A stretch of DNA of 35,006 nt from a virus (taxonomy: Duplodnaviria; Heunggongvirae; Uroviricota; Caudoviricetes). Shown in pieces: positions 25,901 to 34,015 of this stretch. Below the pieces are notes generated by a model. The model was not told where the DNA came from. It was given only the letters and a program-made list of their open reading frames with translations, and made no database searches. The number at the start of each line of letters is the position of its first letter. Within the stretch, counting starts at the first letter, position 1. The position numbers and the translations under genes are program-made. The stretch spans positions 1 through 35,006 of the IMG/VR virus record IMGVR_UViG_2778261448_000009. The stretch is one strand, 5' to 3'.

Positions 25901-26771
25901 CATCTTTAATGCTGATAAAATCGCGGTAGCTCCACAGAACGGATCGGAAGTATGCCCGTTTGGTATCGAAGGTAACAAGGTTTATCTCGATAATGCGATG
26001 ATTCGTAATGCTGCAATTGGTACAGCCCAGATTAATGATGCGGCGATTACCACGGCTAAAATCGGCAATGCTGCAATTAACAGCGCGAAGATTCAGGACG
26101 GGGCAATCACTAACGCGAAGATCGTAAACGGTGCAATTGATAACGCTAAAATCGGTAACTATATCCAGTCTTCCAACTGGAACGGATCGACCGGATGGCA
26201 TATCAACAAGAACGGGTCCGCTACGTTCATGAATGCAACCGTTAAAGGTAATATCACGGCTGATTCTGGTACTCTGAACAACGTCACGATTAACTCTAGC
26301 TGTGTTATTAAGGGTATGCTCGAAGCTACTCAGGTTAAGGGTGATTTCGTTAAGGTGATTGGACGTAAGTTCCCGCATCGTGATGTTAACGTTGATAATG
26401 GTTATGCTGGTTATCCACAGGGAACGGTCACTGTTCGCGTTGAAGATGATCACAAGTTCGATCGTCAAATCGTTATTCCGGCAATTAGTTTTGGTGGATT
26501 GCGAGCGCGTGAAGGGTCGAACAATAATACGTTTTACGACACCTGTCGCCTGATTGTTCGTAAGAATGGGTCAGAGTTGTATAATAGGGCGTATGGCGGT
26601 AATACTGGTCTTTACTCAGGTGTTATTGATATGCCAGCGGGTAAAGGTGCTGTGACCTTGACCTTTGAAGTGCAATCAAGCGCAATCAACAACTGGACGC
26701 CTAGCACATGGATCAGTGATTTAACGGTAATGGTAACTAAAAAAGCCACTACTGGTATTACTGTTTCTTAA
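22995..26771 (+). CDS. central tail fibre / host specificity protein (lambda gpJ-like) with a gpI-C-terminal-like N-terminal segment, 1258 aa
   Basis: N-terminal Gly/Ala-rich hydrophobic segment plus TVLPVLFGTTRTGAICVY resembles the lambda gpI C-terminus (GNVLPVLYGEMRVGSRVV). C-terminal VTVRVEDDHKFDRQIVIPA, IDMPAGKGAVTLTFEV and LTVMVTKKATTGITVS parallel lambda J VTVTDDHPFDRQIVVLP, VDMPAGRGNVILTFTL and VQVMVIKKQALGISVV. Internal ATSEQASSTKIDQV and NAAI/KIGN repeats. Confidence 0.8.
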   Translation: MGFEVLVGAVIAGASAGMAAAATFSVMTAVAIGMAAGAMTLIASTVGAPKTPKVQSPDNAVTLGTSNDPKTVLPVLFGTTRTGAICVYKAISKQENNKLVQIFAIAEGEIDHYKALFIDNKNVLVGKNMTIRDGVLDKGNIKEEYRKVLEVEFRTGKNPNTALSLAKRHLGSDWNDNYKGNGIATMCIVLRRDDKSLAAGVDILQPNSQVAVDVCGLKIRNLETNAIEASTNGVDQIFHYLTNEKYGLSVPIENINVDSFLKVRKQVRQMDLHSNGACDPNASFKENLTSLMQTFGGVMFESFGRITLKLDAPDIVKHTFNEDNIMMGKVSLKTGGTNGYFNTINAMYQEPSIDYSEQMLRYPADAENDATIRQDGRIIAKDIEYRFVKSKDQIDKLASIERNKSRITQVISFMTTDAFTAEVWDVISVTYDELKLNNSLWRITAIDRSIDSGIAGMMTITATEYNSQVYTDLNYAATPDNRPSGLPDSMTVQKPTNFRIKATGETIYGKNVTLTWDAPEDFNRYGFQIDYRVSGSPNWIKLGQTSQQIFSVNALAKDRSYDYRVCAFGIIARSDWVELINQNPTVTYELPTPVIRIKNQGSTPGTFEGNDLIIEWENQQQLDVEINGETNKFSDLFEAYIIKVTNKAGKSIQYRTRDPESWTYTLDMNQFNGLSRQLTVEVSAKGYNNSESAPARLVAINPQHKPMKGFSARGGFNSVFVSWADDVEHDYAGSIIQYATDNTFSDARAVSTNSVSHTSFDIADGDYYIRGAHYDIFGMDDAVWSEPYFMQMKSTISWDDQDKEALEDLIGLQDRLDETIADAIAQAGANADAKIDAMHKQITTETGQTVQASANTLKSLIATSEQASSTKIDQVKAELKGDIKSEVSASATTLKQAIATSEAASASKIDQVRVEMDGKIAGVNQEADVKIDALKGTINSKYNLAVNADGRVAGIHMSATNDPAQPTRIIFNADKIAVAPQNGSEVCPFGIEGNKVYLDNAMIRNAAIGTAQINDAAITTAKIGNAAINSAKIQDGAITNAKIVNGAIDNAKIGNYIQSSNWNGSTGWHINKNGSATFMNATVKGNITADSGTLNNVTINSSCVIKGMLEATQVKGDFVKVIGRKFPHRDVNVDNGYAGYPQGTVTVRVEDDHKFDRQIVIPAISFGGLRAREGSNNNTFYDTCRLIVRKNGSELYNRAYGGNTGLYSGVIDMPAGKGAVTLTFEVQSSAINNWTPSTWISDLTVMVTKKATTGITVS

Positions 26772-26789
26772 AATTTAATTTTAATAATA

Positions 26790-26830
26790 AATCCCGCTTA
26801 ATTCTTTTGAGTTAGGCGGGATTATTTTTA
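26790..26830 (+). terminator. rho-independent terminator after the J-like gene
   Basis: AATCCCGC...GCGGGATT stem with an extended loop, then a U-rich tract. Confidence 0.6.
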
Positions 26831-26876
26831 TCTAAATAATTTTGCCATTAAACTATATAAAAATATCGGGGGCGTA

Positions 26877-27155
26877 ATGACTGAAATTATATATGGCGGT
26901 ATCGGTGTTATCGCCTTAATTTGTGGTGGGCTTTGGAGACTTCACCGAAATCAATTAGCCACAGAAAATAGATTGTCGAAATTAGAGTCCAATGATGCAT
27001 TGTTTAATCAGAAGTTTGAGACGATGCAAAGTAACCATGACCAGATCGCCGAGAGAGTTTATCGCATGGAACAAACCCTTCACGGTATAGAAAAGAAAGT
27101 GGTTGCGATGGACGCTAAATTTGACCAAGTTATCGATTTACTCAGACAAAAATAA
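26877..27155 (+). CDS. membrane-anchored coiled-coil protein, 92 aa (possible lysis-associated protein)
   Basis: N-terminal hydrophobic helix IIYGGIGVIALICGGLW followed by heptad-like sequence; RBS GGGGG. Confidence 0.45.
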   Translation: MTEIIYGGIGVIALICGGLWRLHRNQLATENRLSKLESNDALFNQKFETMQSNHDQIAERVYRMEQTLHGIEKKVVAMDAKFDQVIDLLRQK

Positions 27156-27174
27156 TAATAAAAGGGGTGAATAT

Positions 27175-27345
27175 ATGAAGAATAAACTTAAGAAATATTT
27201 TGGTTATCTCTTGATTGTCGCCCTCACTTATAACGTAGCAATTAGACCTCTGCTGACGTCCTTTGGGCTTGAACTCCCGGCTATGACCGTGGATGAACAA
27301 TTGCTAAGGACACTGGCGGGGGTCTTTTCGTTATTAGGGGGCTAA
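27175..27345 (+). CDS. small membrane protein, about 56 aa (holin candidate, weak)
   Basis: I place the start at the ATG at 27175 after AAAGGGGTGAAT; two hydrophobic segments (YFGYLLIVALTYNVAI and LAGVFSLLGG). Confidence 0.35.
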   Translation: MKNKLKKYFGYLLIVALTYNVAIRPLLTSFGLELPAMTVDEQLLRTLAGVFSLLGG

Positions 27346-27346
27346 C

Positions 27347-28030
27347 ATGGCAACCAGTACCAATAAACGAAACGCTCTAAGGACTAAGAAAGCGTTACGG
27401 CAATGGTCTGAAAAGGCAACCGATACATTCGAAAGGGCGATAGGGGAAGGGGCGATCTTTGCTGCTCGTGCACTACAGAAGAAGATTAACAAGAATGTTG
27501 ATAGACCTACTCGCTGGACTCAGCAAGCTGTAGGTAATACCAACTACAAGAACCGATCAGGGACGAGACACCAAATCTTCATCAAGGGCGCAAGGGATAA
27601 GGACAAGAAGATCGGCAGTCAGGATGACTATCTGAAACACTATTTCGATGGTGGCAAAATCAATAAGCTAGTGCCAATTGCCAACGGTAAGGTCTTAGAC
27701 GCCCACGGGAACATTAAGGCCATCAAAGGCGGTAAGATGATGCGTAACATCGAAAACGGCAACTTCATCAAGGTAGAGAACAAGGAAGGGACTTTTATCA
27801 TGAAGAAGTACAAGCCTAAGAAATCCCGAACCAAACGCGCTAGGAATGGATCGGCGGTGGCAAAACGTCGCTTAGAGAAACGCATCCAGAAACAGAGTAA
27901 GCGAATTGTTGCCGTTAAGTCGGATAAAATTTCTACTCGTTATTCGACGCTAGGATCGTGGGAAAGCAACGAGGAAATGATGCTTGAAAACATCAATAAG
28001 CACATTAAATCGCGCATGAGATACGTTTAA
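27347..28030 (+). CDS. hypothetical very basic protein, 227 aa
   Basis: Lys/Arg-rich throughout; ATG 1 nt after the upstream stop; function not recognised. Confidence 0.5.
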   Translation: MATSTNKRNALRTKKALRQWSEKATDTFERAIGEGAIFAARALQKKINKNVDRPTRWTQQAVGNTNYKNRSGTRHQIFIKGARDKDKKIGSQDDYLKHYFDGGKINKLVPIANGKVLDAHGNIKAIKGGKMMRNIENGNFIKVENKEGTFIMKKYKPKKSRTKRARNGSAVAKRRLEKRIQKQSKRIVAVKSDKISTRYSTLGSWESNEEMMLENINKHIKSRMRYV

Positions 28031-28068
28031 TCCATAAATACCCTCATAGAATCTTATGGGGGTATAAC

Positions 28069-28416
28069 ATGGCTAAAAATATTTTCACTGAATTTCCTAC
28101 TTATCCGGTCGATCAGCTTTCCGGTATTTTTATTAATGGCATTAGCCCAGAATCCATGACACATGATTTTGAGGCGAAGAGAGTTAAACATAAACAATAT
28201 AAAGAATGTATCCGCGATCATGAAAAAGGGACCGTGTTTTGTGTCGCTACATTGGCTAAACGTCCTAAGTATCGTTTTCGTGTAGGACAAGAAGTTGATG
28301 TGGTTAATCCTTATAGCTTTAACTGTCTGGGTGATGCACGCGCGGTGTGTGTAGGCACTGCTCCTTATTATATCAAGGGTATGCGCTTTATTGGTTATAT
28401 CTTCGAAATGATCTAA
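28069..28416 (+). CDS. hypothetical protein, 115 aa
   Basis: RBS GGGGG before the ATG; no family recognised. Confidence 0.5.
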   Translation: MAKNIFTEFPTYPVDQLSGIFINGISPESMTHDFEAKRVKHKQYKECIRDHEKGTVFCVATLAKRPKYRFRVGQEVDVVNPYSFNCLGDARAVCVGTAPYYIKGMRFIGYIFEMI

Positions 28417-28425
28417 GGGGGTAAT

Positions 28426-28779
28426 ATGTTAAGCAAACATTTTTCTCGCAAGGAATTTAAATGTAAATGCGGAAAATGTGATTATGATACAATCGACGCT
28501 GAATTACTGGTAATTCTTGAGGATGTACGAGAGCACTTCGGTAAACCAGTGATTATTAACAGTGGCAACCGTTGCCCGACTCATAACAAGAATGTAGGCG
28601 GTGCAACCAACAGCTATCACGTTCGAGGCCGTGCGGCTGACATTGTGATCAAGGGTGTCTCCCCTGATATTGTCCATGCTTATCTTGATGGGAAATACCC
28701 TACTCAATACGGCTTAGGCAAATATAAAACCTTTACGCATATCGATTCCAGATCGAAAAAATCACGATGGAATGGATAA
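28426..28779 (+). CDS. endolysin candidate, peptidase M15-like zinc peptidase, 117 aa
   Basis: SRKEFKCKCGKC...NSGNRCPTHN..VGGATNSYHVRGRAADI...FTHIDSR gives an H...D...H metal-ligand pattern as in M15-type phage peptidoglycan peptidases; terminator follows. Confidence 0.65.
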   Translation: MLSKHFSRKEFKCKCGKCDYDTIDAELLVILEDVREHFGKPVIINSGNRCPTHNKNVGGATNSYHVRGRAADIVIKGVSPDIVHAYLDGKYPTQYGLGKYKTFTHIDSRSKKSRWNG

Positions 28780-28784
28780 AATTA

Positions 28785-28810
28785 AAGCGCCTCTAGTGGG
28801 CGCTTTTTTG
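28785..28810. terminator. hairpin terminator between convergent endolysin and helicase genes
   Basis: AGCGCC-TCTAGTG-GGCGCT then TTTTTT on the plus strand. Confidence 0.6.
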
Positions 28811-30301
28811 TTATATAGCAATTGTTTTAGTTGCATAGCTGAACTTGTCGGTTAGATAATAGCGGATTCTCTCAAGTGCATGTTTTACCGCATAATTTTT
28901 ATGCTTGACTTTTCCGTTACGACCGAATATACACAGATGATCTATAAGATCCCAGACCGTTGCAATATCCTTAGAACCATGTTTACGCAATGCACGACCG
29001 ATACTCTGACGAACGATAGTTGATTCCTTCACGGGATGACCGAAAATAACATGGTGCAAATTCTTAATTGAAACACCAGTAGAGAAAACACCATAGGAAG
29101 CAACACAAATGATCCCTGTTTCCCCTTCCGCTAATTTCTTAAATTCATCACGTTCTTCTGTCTTAACTCCACCGTCAATATAATAAACCTTGTCGTGTAC
29201 CTTCTGTAACGCGTCATACATAAGTTTTCCGTGCTTAGTATTGCGGAACATCAGGAATACGTTTTCGCCCTTCTTAGCGAGTTTTAGCGCCAAATTACAA
29301 GCAAACTTATTACGTCGTGGGTTAGACGTAATATACTTGATCTCTTCCGCATATTCTCTACCCTTAACCGCGCTACATTCCTCATCGGTATAACGAAGGA
29401 AAAGACAGTTGATTTTCAGTTTCGTCACTTGACCTTCTTCCATCAGGCGGTCAATACTCACGATCTTAGAAATATCACCGAAAAGACCGACATACTGTAA
29501 AAGATGGCATTTTGATTCTTTAGGGGAACCAGTCATGCCGATTTTAAACTGGCAATGATTCATTCCGTTGATGATATTGGTAATATTTTTGGCACTAGCC
29601 TTATGTGATTCATCAACTATCAACATTCCATATTGTCGGAACCATTCAGGAGGCATCTTGCAAGCTGATTGCCATGTTGAAACAGTGATTAGCCTATCTC
29701 CCGGATGTTTCCCGCTACCACTCATCATTGTATGAATTGCTTCATAAGGGAATAACCGATAATCGATGAAATCATCCCTCATTTGAACCACTAGCGATGT
29801 AGTAGGGACAATGATTAACACTTTTCCGGTGTAGTTCTCTAAGTACCAACGAGACAGCATACAAGCAATCAATGACTTACCCGCACTGGTAGGAAGAACC
29901 AGCATTCTACGGCGATTATGAATACCCTGAAAGACTGCCTCCCTTTGATACCAGTAAGGATTGATTTTATTGGAACCGGAATACACTTCTAGGGAATCAA
30001 TCCATTCATTAATCGCGTCTTTGGTTACATCTTCCTTCTCAAGCAATCGCGGGTCAATCCAGACTGAATAGCCCATATTTTTAACGAAGACACCCAACGT
30101 TTTTAATAGTCCAATTGGTAGGGTATTTTCATGCGTAAACAGTCTTATTCGTCCATCCCAGCCGGAATACTTGTAGCGGGGGCTAAACCTAGCCCCTTCA
30201 ACCTCAAACGAGAAATAATCCCTTAATTCCATTCCGATAGAAGGAGAGCAATCAACCTTAACGAAACTGTAATCTTGAAAATGAATTTTAATATCTTGCA
30301 T
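28811..30301 (-). CDS. uvsW: UvsW-like SF2 DNA helicase (T4 UvsW homolog), about 496 aa
   Basis: Near-collinear with T4 UvsW as I recall it: MQDIKIHFQDYSFVKVDC..., PYWYQREAVFQGIHNRRRMLVLPTSAGKS (Walker A), LIIVPTTSL, MLIVDESH (motif II), YIDGGV, ICVASYGVFSTGVSIKNLHHV, GRALRKHGSKDIATVWDLID. I place the start at the ATG at 30301-30299, overlapping the upstream stop as TAATG. Confidence 0.85.
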   Translation of the reverse strand: MQDIKIHFQDYSFVKVDCSPSIGMELRDYFSFEVEGARFSPRYKYSGWDGRIRLFTHENTLPIGLLKTLGVFVKNMGYSVWIDPRLLEKEDVTKDAINEWIDSLEVYSGSNKINPYWYQREAVFQGIHNRRRMLVLPTSAGKSLIACMLSRWYLENYTGKVLIIVPTTSLVVQMRDDFIDYRLFPYEAIHTMMSGSGKHPGDRLITVSTWQSACKMPPEWFRQYGMLIVDESHKASAKNITNIINGMNHCQFKIGMTGSPKESKCHLLQYVGLFGDISKIVSIDRLMEEGQVTKLKINCLFLRYTDEECSAVKGREYAEEIKYITSNPRRNKFACNLALKLAKKGENVFLMFRNTKHGKLMYDALQKVHDKVYYIDGGVKTEERDEFKKLAEGETGIICVASYGVFSTGVSIKNLHHVIFGHPVKESTIVRQSIGRALRKHGSKDIATVWDLIDHLCIFGRNGKVKHKNYAVKHALERIRYYLTDKFSYATKTIAI

Positions 30302-30870
30302 TAGTTCCACTCCACACTTGCAATATTCTTTATATTGTTTAGTGATTTATTGCAGTAGTGGAATGTTTCAGTTTTGCCGTATTCAATCCCGCCTATACCC
30401 ACATCCAGTAATCTCTTTATTGCTCTTTCAGTGGCTAAAGCATGTTTCATTGATGGCATTTCACCAGCAAAGACAATATCAAAGTTATGACCGGGATTGC
30501 GTACACCCAGATTAATGCGTCGCTTGATGATTGACTTTGTAACACCAAATTTACCAATATCCCCTGATTTCATTACATAGAGATAAGGCACACCCGCTTT
30601 ATATTGAAAGTAATCACTTTTGAGACATGCACAGCGTTTACCTTCATTAAGCAGGTTGGTAGCTGATTTGTCGGCTCTATTGCCGCATCGGGTACATGTA
30701 AGAGCAATTCTTGAATGAAGCCCTTTAAACTCACCCAGAAAGCCATGAAAGACTAACGGTAAGTCCTTCTCTTTGATGTGAGTCAGAATGCGTTGTTCTA
30801 ATGCCGATGGAGTTACAGCACGGGAGGATTTAGGAGTAAAAACAATATCTTTAGCCATTACTGGAATCAT
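30301..30870 (-). CDS. T5orf172-domain (GIY-YIG-like) protein with N-terminal zinc-ribbon-like CxxC pairs, 189 aa
   Basis: PYLYVMKSGDIGKFGVTKSIIKRRINLG fits the T5orf172 signature as I recall it; CTRCGN...CAC cysteine pairs; GAGG before the ATG; translationally coupled to the helicase gene. Confidence 0.55.
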   Translation of the reverse strand: MIPVMAKDIVFTPKSSRAVTPSALEQRILTHIKEKDLPLVFHGFLGEFKGLHSRIALTCTRCGNRADKSATNLLNEGKRCACLKSDYFQYKAGVPYLYVMKSGDIGKFGVTKSIIKRRINLGVRNPGHNFDIVFAGEMPSMKHALATERAIKRLLDVGIGGIEYGKTETFHYCNKSLNNIKNIASVEWN

Positions 30871-31023
30871 ATAGACCTCACTTTTTAACTTATAGGCATA
30901 ACCTCAATATGGTTGGTTTGGGATTTAGGGTCGCGTATTATACACATCCAGATAGAGAATGCAATAGTAAGACAATTTTCTCTAATAAATAGTAGTGATC
31001 TTATTATTTTAGAGGAAACTACT

Positions 31024-32199
31024 ATGAAACTTGCTTACGCTGCCGAAATTCCTTTTGTTAAGAAAACTCGCGGTTTATCGCCGGAAGAGTACCAACAACG
31101 AATCATCGCTAAACTGGAACCTGCTTTCGTATTTGGTGGATTTATCCTACCGTGGAAGGGTAATCACACTTACTTTCGAATCTACAATTTAGATACACAA
31201 GAATATAAGGACTACAAATTACGCAAACTGGAAGATACTAACGGGGGGGAGTTATTCCAGACTGAAAAGGCTGTATGGTTGAAAATGGAATCTCGTTGTA
31301 ATGAGAAGGGAAAGAAATTCCTCGGATGGCAAGGAGAATGGAAAGGGCGAAATAGAACGAAAGCCCGTGTTTTGTGCCCTGAACACAATCAAATCATGAC
31401 GCCATCTCTATTACATGCTCTCAAAGATGATTTCGATTTTGATTGCAAAATCTGTATGGCTGAAAAATCCCAACGGGTAAGAAGTGGCAAGACTTTTGAT
31501 GAAGTTATTAAGGACAAAGAGACAATCATCAATGCACGTTGCGAGAGTACGCCTTACACCTTCAAAGGATTCATCATAAACACCCCACACCTAAAGGATG
31601 TTAAATTTAAAACCTATTGCAAGACACATAACCACGAATGGGAATCTCATTTAAGATGTGCTGATTCTTTCACTTGTCCGCTTTGCATTAAAGACCAACT
31701 GGTGCAACTGTCTAACCGGACTTATCAGGGTAAGGCTAGTTTCTACATTCAATTATTAGATGACAAATTTATTAAATTTGGAATCACTACCCGGAAACCA
31801 GAAGAACGAATGAGAGAGCAAACCAGAAAGAGCAACTTCACTCACCGCTTAATCTTTACTCATGAGTTTGAGGATGGTTGGAAAGCCGTTGATTTAGAGC
31901 ATGAAGTAAAACAACGCTTCAAGACTCATGCAGCACCCTACAAAGATTTCAAGGATGGATGGTCGGAAACTCTGACTATTGATGAGTTACCACACTTACA
32001 GCAACTGGTTTATGACTACCTAACCAATCAACCGGACGAGGCTAATATGTGGGTATCCCCGAAAGATGTATTTGATGACGATACATTCAAGCTACATACT
32101 CACTTCTACGGCATCAATAAACCGGAATTTTTCTGTATTGATGACGACAGTCCTGATTTAATGGATGAATACTTTAATACTCTCTTAGATGCTGCCTAA
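31024..32199 (+). CDS. zinc-finger-rich protein with C-terminal T5orf172-like domain, about 391 aa
   Basis: I place the start at the ATG at 31024 after GAGGAA. Several CxxC/CxxH pairs (CPEHNQ, CKIC, CKTHNHEW, CPLC); C-terminal FYIQLLDDKFIKFGITTRKPEERMRE resembles T5orf172/GIY-YIG. Confidence 0.5.
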   Translation: MKLAYAAEIPFVKKTRGLSPEEYQQRIIAKLEPAFVFGGFILPWKGNHTYFRIYNLDTQEYKDYKLRKLEDTNGGELFQTEKAVWLKMESRCNEKGKKFLGWQGEWKGRNRTKARVLCPEHNQIMTPSLLHALKDDFDFDCKICMAEKSQRVRSGKTFDEVIKDKETIINARCESTPYTFKGFIINTPHLKDVKFKTYCKTHNHEWESHLRCADSFTCPLCIKDQLVQLSNRTYQGKASFYIQLLDDKFIKFGITTRKPEERMREQTRKSNFTHRLIFTHEFEDGWKAVDLEHEVKQRFKTHAAPYKDFKDGWSETLTIDELPHLQQLVYDYLTNQPDEANMWVSPKDVFDDDTFKLHTHFYGINKPEFFCIDDDSPDLMDEYFNTLLDAA

Positions 32200-32211
32200 C
32201 GCAATTAAATT

Positions 32212-32245
32212 AAAAAGGGGTACATCTGTACCCCTTAACTGTTTT
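32212..32245. terminator. bidirectional terminator between convergent genes
   Basis: GGGGTAC-ATCT-GTACCCC flanked by an A-run upstream and a T-rich tract downstream. Confidence 0.6.
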
Positions 32246-32272
32246 AGCTCGTTATACGTCGATTTAGGCCGC

Positions 32273-33952
32273 TTAAATTCCAAATTCCTGTAATGGACCT
32301 GGTATTTCCTCTTCTGGTTTCCAGTTCTTATCTGTCAGCATGTCTAAACATGGATGCAGAACAAGCCCGTTGCTCTCCAGAATCTGCCTATCATTGATAG
32401 TCTTCAAATCGACAAATATTTGTCCTTTCCTCGTTCCTCTTGAATTTTCTATTACAACTCTCTGGGTCTTTCCATCGATGTATTCCAGTACAAACAAGTT
32501 TTTGTTTCTGTCAATCCTGCTACACCCGATCCGCTTTAGAGCTTGCTTAATCTTAAACCGGACCTTTAGTCGTTCCTCGTTGTAAACATCTTCTAAATCA
32601 AATTCTGCGAGCTTCTCCCAGCCTTGAGAGTCAACAGAATACATTTCCTCTTCTGCCATCTTGATCTGATTGTAGAGTGTTTCACGCTCGCTATTGAGGG
32701 TAGTAATCTGATCGGCTAGCTCCTTCGTTGCTCCTGTCATAGCAGAAAGGGCAATCAGGTTATCAATCTTGCGTGATATTTCATCAACCTGTACTTTCAA
32801 CGCCGGAACCGGATTAGCCTTGTCCTCAGCAATCCAGATTTTATCAGCCAGCAATTGCAATACAGCTTTCTCTAATTGATCACCTCGAAAACTCCAGTTT
32901 GGATGCTCGCAATCAAGTCTACGTGAACGGGTCGCATCACATGTATAACGATACTGGTCAGAACGTTTGTTCGTTCCCTTCACTTTAACCATAGCGCAAC
33001 CGCAATGATCACATTTCAATAGGCCAATACCACTAAGCAGGGGGATCGGTTTAACTTCTTCCTTGTCTCCAAAGTTCCATGCTCTAGCACCAATATTTTT
33101 CTTAAGGTGATAGAACGTAGGGTCATCAATAACACGAGGGTAATAATCCTTTAACTCATAGTTAACGCCATCTACAGATATTTCCTTGATACCAATCAAA
33201 GCGCGGGTATGAAACAACCTTTCAACCATTGCCCGTGACCATTTTGAATGCTTCTTGTTGCTTACTGCTGGTGGTGGTGCATATGTCTCGTTAAGGTGAT
33301 CCAGTATTTCGGCGGTTGAACGTCCATTCTTCCGTAATTCCACAATCTCCTGAACAACAGGGAAGTATGTAGGATGAGGCAACACATAACCGGAAGTGGT
33401 ATCAGTCCACCACATATTCTTTCCAACTTCCTCGATTGCCACTGCCGGATTCTGGGGATTTTCTTGATGGGCTTTAATCTTAATCAGTGCGCTTGAGTTA
33501 GTACGATTGCGCTTAGTCTGACTTTCCTCATTACCACGGATGAATAAAAGGATGGAGAACATCAGGTCCATCGGATTAGCGGTAACAGTATCCAGCGAGT
33601 AGATCTTGTTATCCATGCCAGTAACAATGGTTATTCCCCTACGGATGATTGAAAGGAATAACTCCTGCGCACTGACAATATCGGCACGGGATAAGCGGTC
33701 CAAGTTTTCAATGAATAGCCAGCTACCAACAGGAACGGATCTACCAATTGCATCAAGGAAACGAGATAGCGCCCCTGTTTTAGAGTTAGCACCCTTAAAC
33801 GCAGATACACCCAGATCCTGATAATCATTTACCAGTTCAAGGTCATACTTTGCCGCAATCTCTCTCGCCATCCTGATTTGTCGTTCATAACTCGAACCAT
33901 CACTCTGACGCATAGACGAGAAGCGAATATACGAATATAGTTTAGTTTTCAT
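32273..33952 (-). CDS. large serine recombinase (candidate integrase), about 559 aa
   Basis: N-terminal resolvase-type catalytic region YSYIRFSSMRQSDGSSYERQ with candidate nucleophile Ser and RLSR; Cys cluster CDHCGCAMVKVKG...YRYTCD (zinc ribbon); coiled-coil region; length typical of large serine recombinases. I place the start at the ATG at 33952; the track begins at an upstream TTG. Confidence 0.8.
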   Translation of the reverse strand: MKTKLYSYIRFSSMRQSDGSSYERQIRMAREIAAKYDLELVNDYQDLGVSAFKGANSKTGALSRFLDAIGRSVPVGSWLFIENLDRLSRADIVSAQELFLSIIRRGITIVTGMDNKIYSLDTVTANPMDLMFSILLFIRGNEESQTKRNRTNSSALIKIKAHQENPQNPAVAIEEVGKNMWWTDTTSGYVLPHPTYFPVVQEIVELRKNGRSTAEILDHLNETYAPPPAVSNKKHSKWSRAMVERLFHTRALIGIKEISVDGVNYELKDYYPRVIDDPTFYHLKKNIGARAWNFGDKEEVKPIPLLSGIGLLKCDHCGCAMVKVKGTNKRSDQYRYTCDATRSRRLDCEHPNWSFRGDQLEKAVLQLLADKIWIAEDKANPVPALKVQVDEISRKIDNLIALSAMTGATKELADQITTLNSERETLYNQIKMAEEEMYSVDSQGWEKLAEFDLEDVYNEERLKVRFKIKQALKRIGCSRIDRNKNLFVLEYIDGKTQRVVIENSRGTRKGQIFVDLKTINDRQILESNGLVLHPCLDMLTDKNWKPEEEIPGPLQEFGI

Positions 33953-33967
33953 ACCATTTCCAAACAA

Positions 33968-34003
33968 AAACGCCCCTACCGTGTATTATAACGATAGGGG
34001 CTA
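33968..34003 (-). terminator. imperfect dyad CCCCTACCG-N10-CGATAGGGG between the recombinase start and the upstream gene; terminator or recombination-site candidate
   Basis: 9-bp arms with one mismatch around the AT core TGTATTATAA; on the minus strand it is followed by CGTTTTTG. Confidence 0.4.
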
Positions 34004-34015
34004 GGTGATTAAAGA

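Noticed and set aside
25563-26468. 301-aa minus-strand ORF inside the J-like gene
   Set aside because: It is antisense to the conserved C-terminal receptor-binding region of J, which matches lambda J in the forward frame.
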